37,264 nucleotides of DNA from Octopus bimaculoides (lineage: Eukaryota): the NCBI RefSeq assembly GCF_001194135.2, contig NC_068987.1:77429661-77466924 (forward strand). The letters are read 5' to 3'. Position numbers and translations under genes: made by a program. Each line of letters starts with the position of its first letter. Position 1 is the first letter of the stretch. Of this stretch, positions 32,432 to 37,264 are shown piece after piece. The notes beneath the pieces are model-generated. The model made no database searches. It saw only the letters and a program-made list of their open reading frames with translations, and was not told the DNA's origin.

Positions 32432-34689
32432 GTGCGTGTGTGTGTGTGTGTGCACCATTGACTATCATCTTCACAAGAATGTTGGCATACATGACTTTTA
32501 AGATGAATGAAATATCGAAAGCAGCCGTTATAGCTGTGATAGGAATAATGCCGAGCCGTGATAGCAGTAATGCTGAAGCTATCCCCTATCTAGAAAATGT
32601 TGCTAGATGAAGAAAAATTAGTAGAATTTGGGGGATATTGTTAACAATATCATCATTACGAATAATAACACTGCTATGAGCATTAACAACAGCAACCACA
32701 TGTCATACGGAAAGGCAACAATAACAGTATCGAAGACAAAATTAAACCAACAACAGCAATTTCTTTATTTCAGAATAAAACAGTTCCTGGTTCTGCCAGT
32801 ATCAAGGAGGAACAGCAGTGATGATAACAGCAATATAGAATACGAGAACCGACAAAACAAATGCGAAGACTACGACGTCAGTTAGCCAAAGTGGAGAGAG
32901 AAGGAAAAAAAATAATGACAACACAGTTACCATCATGAATGTTTCTACTTCTACGACGACGACTGAACAAACCGTTTTTTTTTCTTTTTTCAGGCGATAC
33001 CTCCCACGCATCAATCGAAAACAATTTTTTTTTCTACTCCTATCCTACCACATTTATTGTAGCCGTTTCAACTACCAGTATCAACATCAGCAGCATAAAC
33101 AACAGCTGAAGCGAGAGTGCCGCAAAAATAAGCCAAAAATATGTGGAATTGTTTTTCTGGAGGAGAAATAAACTACTGAGAGAGGCTAAAAATAAGCTCC
33201 CCTGGAGAGATGAGAAGGACAGATTAGTAGTGCCTCAAGAGTTGTTGGAGAAAGTGGTCAGTGCGTAGTGACTAAGAACCGGCAAGTAGAAAATAACCCC
33301 TCCAGTAGAAAATAACCTCAGTGCAATATGGGACTGCCTAAGAGAGACTCCAGTCGGAAGCTCACGCACAGAAGCATTGTACTGTCACAAGCAGGAATAA
33401 AGCATTTTCCCTCGTTGACGAATGATGAAAATAACTATGGTGAACGCGCCGGCTGAATTGAACATCCTGTGGGTATTATCATAAAGGAGAACTTGATGGC
33501 GATCAGAAAGAAAGTAGCGCCAGAAAGATTGGTCCATAATTAGTGTAGAAGTTTTGTTTCAAGTAAAACCTGAAATTTCGGACAAGATTCCGAACCAATA
33601 AACCCTCCCAAGTAGCAGCCAACTGCATCTAGTGATGGAAGACAGAAGGCCTTAATGTTACACATGAGGTGGCAGTAACCATCTGAGTGCCTTCGACACA
33701 CAACAGCGGGGAAAAGAACAGAAGGAAATCCCGTTATGTTGCCAACAAAATCGACGACAGGAACCCCATAAATTAACAAGAACAACACCAGCAAAAACAG
33801 CAGCAACAAAGAAAGAATAACACTCCAACAATTCCTCCCCCACGACCACACTCAAAAGAAGGCCTGATCCTCCCTCTCACAATCCCCCAAAATGCTAATA
33901 CACGCAATACACATACGTACGTATATTCTCTTTCCTTTTCTTTAGGCCTCACCGACATCGAGCTAGTCATCAAGACATAATCAGGGATCTGATCTGCTTT
34001 TTCGTTACTTGTGAAAGTGAAACCATCCATTGGTATGGTAGAGCATCAGCTGTCAACGCCCTTCTCATAAAGAGCTCGATATAGCAAGGTTGGTTATGCA
34101 CATTCATACACTGAGGATTCCTGAATACTAAGCGGGTGGGATTACTCTTTTCTCTTTTTCGAAAATGCAGTCCAGTGCCAAACGAAGATCAAGATTATAT
34201 GTACTATTGTATCACAGGTCCAGATGTTTGGATACCTTGCTACTGTTCTATCACGGATCCCGGATAACAACACACAAGCATCTTTCTTCTGTTCTTTGTT
34301 AAACGGTGGTCCTGAAACGTCGAGTATTTTTTTTTTCCTTTCCTCACAGCAGCTACATTTATTTTAACTACTATGATTCTTCTTGCAATATAAACACAGA
34401 CCAACAGATACAGCAGCAGACATATAGAGGTGAACAGCCAAGTAGACAAAAAGCTGACAGAGTGTGACAGGTAAGTAGACAGGCTGACAAACAGAATGTG
34501 AGACAGGGAGAAAGATTGCGGAAATAGGAAGAGAAAATAACAAAAAAAGCAATGAAGTAGAAAGAGACGAACCAAGCAATCTGGAAAACAAACAGATGAA
34601 GAAAGAGACAAGCAGAAAGACGGCGGGAAATGTGCATATGTGTATGCATTCATTTTAAACACATGTACGTGTGTGTGTGCGTGTGTGTG

Positions 34690-34752
<63 letters not shown>

Positions 34753-35407
34753 ACATACATTCTTGTTGTATGTGTTCGATATGTGAGTGCCTTTTATTAA
34801 GCGGCCAGACTAAATATTGCAGGCCTGGAGTTCTAGATTCTTTTGTTATTGAGAGTTCCTTATACTCGAGTATCTTTCTTAAAATCGTCCTTTTTATCAC
34901 CACAAGAGTTTCGTTCTTGTTCGTTGGTATAACGCCTTTGCAGGTTACATTTGTATCTTGGTTCCTTGGCTAATAACAATGGTAATATTAGCATAGGCAC
35001 CTTATTTTACCACCTGGCCACCACCTGCGTAATTAAGCACTTACCCAAAATTCTTAGCATATTCACCTAATTAGCAGGAATTTTGAGGTCATATTACTGG
35101 TATTTATGCAACTCAGAAACGAAATATAAGAAAAACTGATCCTTACAAATAAGCATGGTGGATCACAATTTCTTGGGATGTTAACAGTTCTTTAGTGGCT
35201 GATGCAGCTGAGGAGTACATTTTCATGTAGTGTTCTCACTACATGAATAAATGAAGTTTGTACGAAACGTACGTACTGCTATAACCTATTGAATTTTTGT
35301 TGCTTTTCTTCAAAAATTATATATATATATATATATATATACACATGTATGTATTTGCAGAGAGACATTTATGTGGATATATTTGTTATGTCCACAGTCA
35401 ATTAGAG

Positions 35408-35749
35408 CAGTGGTTTTCAACCGGGTTCATATGACCCCAGGTGATCCATATAAAATTTTGGTGGGAGGCCACGCTAGCAAAATAGTAAAGTGCCGATTCA
35501 CATTAGTATATTAAGGGTCCATGGTAATAGTTTTGATTTAGATTTATTTAATGCAAGCAACAGCAAGGTTTCTCTTTTTGACGTTTTACTTAGTTCAATC
35601 TACACAAGTTAATGTGTGACAAACGAAATATGAATATTGAAAGCAATATCTATAAAACTAGTTTTCAAACATCGAATGGCTGTGGGGATCCATCATAATA
35701 GAATAGTAATCAAAGGGGGACATAGATAGAAAATGGCTGAAAAGCACTG
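35408..35749. mobile_element. hAT (Charlie-like) MITE
   Basis: TIRs CAGTGGTTTTCAACC / GGCTGAAAAGCACTG, flanked by 8-mers AATTAGAG and ATTTGGAG (6/8 identical), consistent with an 8-bp hAT TSD. Confidence 0.8.
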
Positions 35750-35907
35750 ATTTGGAGCGTAAGTATGCGTGTTCGTGCTTTGGTGGATGTAGGTGTGATG
35801 AAAGAGAGAGCGCGGAAAGGAAAAGAAAAGAGTCTTTGAAAGTGTATATTTATTTTCTGCAGCTGAATGTTAGAATATGGTTGTTTAAGTAAGAAGTATT
35901 TTTACGT

Positions 35908-35948
35908 CTGATGATGACTTAGCTGGCCGAAACATTGAAATCACTGTC
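35908..35948 (+). ncRNA. Degenerate hammerhead-ribozyme-like motif (possibly Penelope-associated)
   Basis: CTGATGA-T-GACTTAGCTGGCC-GAAA-CATTG-AAAT-CACTG-TC: the conserved core is in the correct order with a GUC triplet. Stems II and III each have a mismatch and stem I is poor. Confidence 0.4.
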
Positions 35949-35977
35949 AATAACTATTCTTGTTCAAAGAATAATGA

Positions 35978-36020
<43 letters not shown>

Positions 36021-36589
36021 AGTATTATTGCAATTGTAATAAAAGATATATAATAGTCAGACAGGCAGATGAATACATAGATAGAACATAAGTAGATGTC
36101 AATATATAGGTTGCTAGGCATATACGCACATATATACATACATATATATNNNNNNNNNNNNNNNNNNNNNNNNNNNNNNNNNNNNNNNNNNNNNNNNNNN
36201 NNNNNNNNNNNNNNNNNNNNNNNNNNNNNNNNNNNNNNNNNNNNNNNNNNNNNNNNNNNNNNNNNNNNNNNNNNNNNNNNNNNNNNNNNNNNNNNNNNNN
36301 NNNNNNNNNNNNNNNNNNNNNNNNNNNNNNNNNNNNNNNNNNNNNNNNNNNNNNNNNNNNNNNNNNNNNNNNNNNNNNNNNNNNNNNNNNNNNNNNNNNN
36401 NNNNNNNNNNNNNNNNNNNNNNNNNNNNNNNNNNNNNNNNNNNNNNNNNNNNNNNNNNNNNNNNNNNNNNNNNNNNNNNNNNNNNNNNNNNNNNNNNNNN
36501 NNNNNNNNNNNNNNNNNNNNNNNNNNNNNNNNNNNNNNNNNNNNNNNNNNNNNNNNNNNNNNNNNNNNNNNNNNNNNNNNNNNNTATAT

Positions 36590-36635
<46 letters not shown>

Positions 36636-36655
36636 ATATTTATATATATATACAT

Positions 36656-36692
<37 letters not shown>

Positions 36693-37050
36693 ATATGGAA
36701 ATATATTCATATATCTTCGATTATCTTGTGTCTACCAAATAAGAATTCCGACCAGTTCACACAATACCCAACAATCGCTATCAATCAACTCTTCGTCGCG
36801 CAGCTAACTCCTCCCTCACCTATGTCATCTTAGTTTTTTCATAAACCACGCGATATCGATTTTTCTCGCCATTTTATCTTTACATCACACCTCGATTTTA
36901 AGAAAAGCAAATGAGCAATCTTCTAGATTTGTTGGCAGACTTTGTGTCAATGGCGCTATATATCTTGTGGATGTTGCTGCTCGTGTTGTTTTTAGGAGCT
37001 GTATTGTTTTCTCGGATGATGCATGCATGGCCATGGGCACAGGTATCACC

Positions 37051-37202
37051 ATAGGCGCAAGCATGGCTGTGTAGTTTAGGGTTAGGGTTTGGGTTCAGTC
37101 CCACGGTGCGGTACCTTGGCCAAGTTTTTTATACGAGTTCCCACATTGACCAATGCCTTGTGGGTGAATTTGGTACAGGAAAACTGAGTGGAAGCCCGTC
37201 AG

Positions 37203-37203
<1 letters not shown>
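37051..37203 (+). mobile_element. 5' half of a CORE-type SINE running into (GT)n
   Basis: AGGCGCAAGCATGGCTGTGT..GGGTTCAGTCCCAC..GGTACCTTGGCCAAG..GCCTTGTGGGTGAATTTGGTA..GAAGCCCGTC. Confidence 0.8.

Positions 37204-37264
<61 letters not shown>

Noticed and set aside
37076-37093. Interstitial telomeric repeat TTAGGGTTAGGGTTTGGG
   Set aside because: Only two perfect units, inside a decayed SINE head.

Overview
AT-rich, gapped eukaryotic draft-assembly sequence made almost entirely of repeats. The SINE families and the microsatellite load strongly suggest an octopus (coleoid cephalopod) genome; this is inferred from repeat recognition, not from a search. I find no intact protein-coding gene, rRNA, functional tRNA or CRISPR array. 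Nearly all long ORFs in the track come from microsatellites or N gaps. Recognisable content: about 20 tRNA-derived SINE copies in four families; four copies of an unclassified ~550-bp element sitting in trinucleotide (mostly AAT) tracts; decayed R4/Dong-type LINE pieces (RT, CCHC + restriction-like endonuclease, two 3' ends); three RTE-clade LINE fragments; two decayed DD37D (maT) Tc1/mariner transposons; an internally deleted Helitron remnant; mariner-type, hAT-type and foldback MITEs; two minisatellites. Best leads: a decayed hammerhead-ribozyme-like motif (35908-35948), a SINE with a twin-priming-like 5' inversion fused to a 3'-truncated RTE LINE (8054-9560), the AAT-embedded 550-bp element, and a possible minus-strand promoter/first exon (13010-13330). 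No new biological system can be established from this sequence alone.
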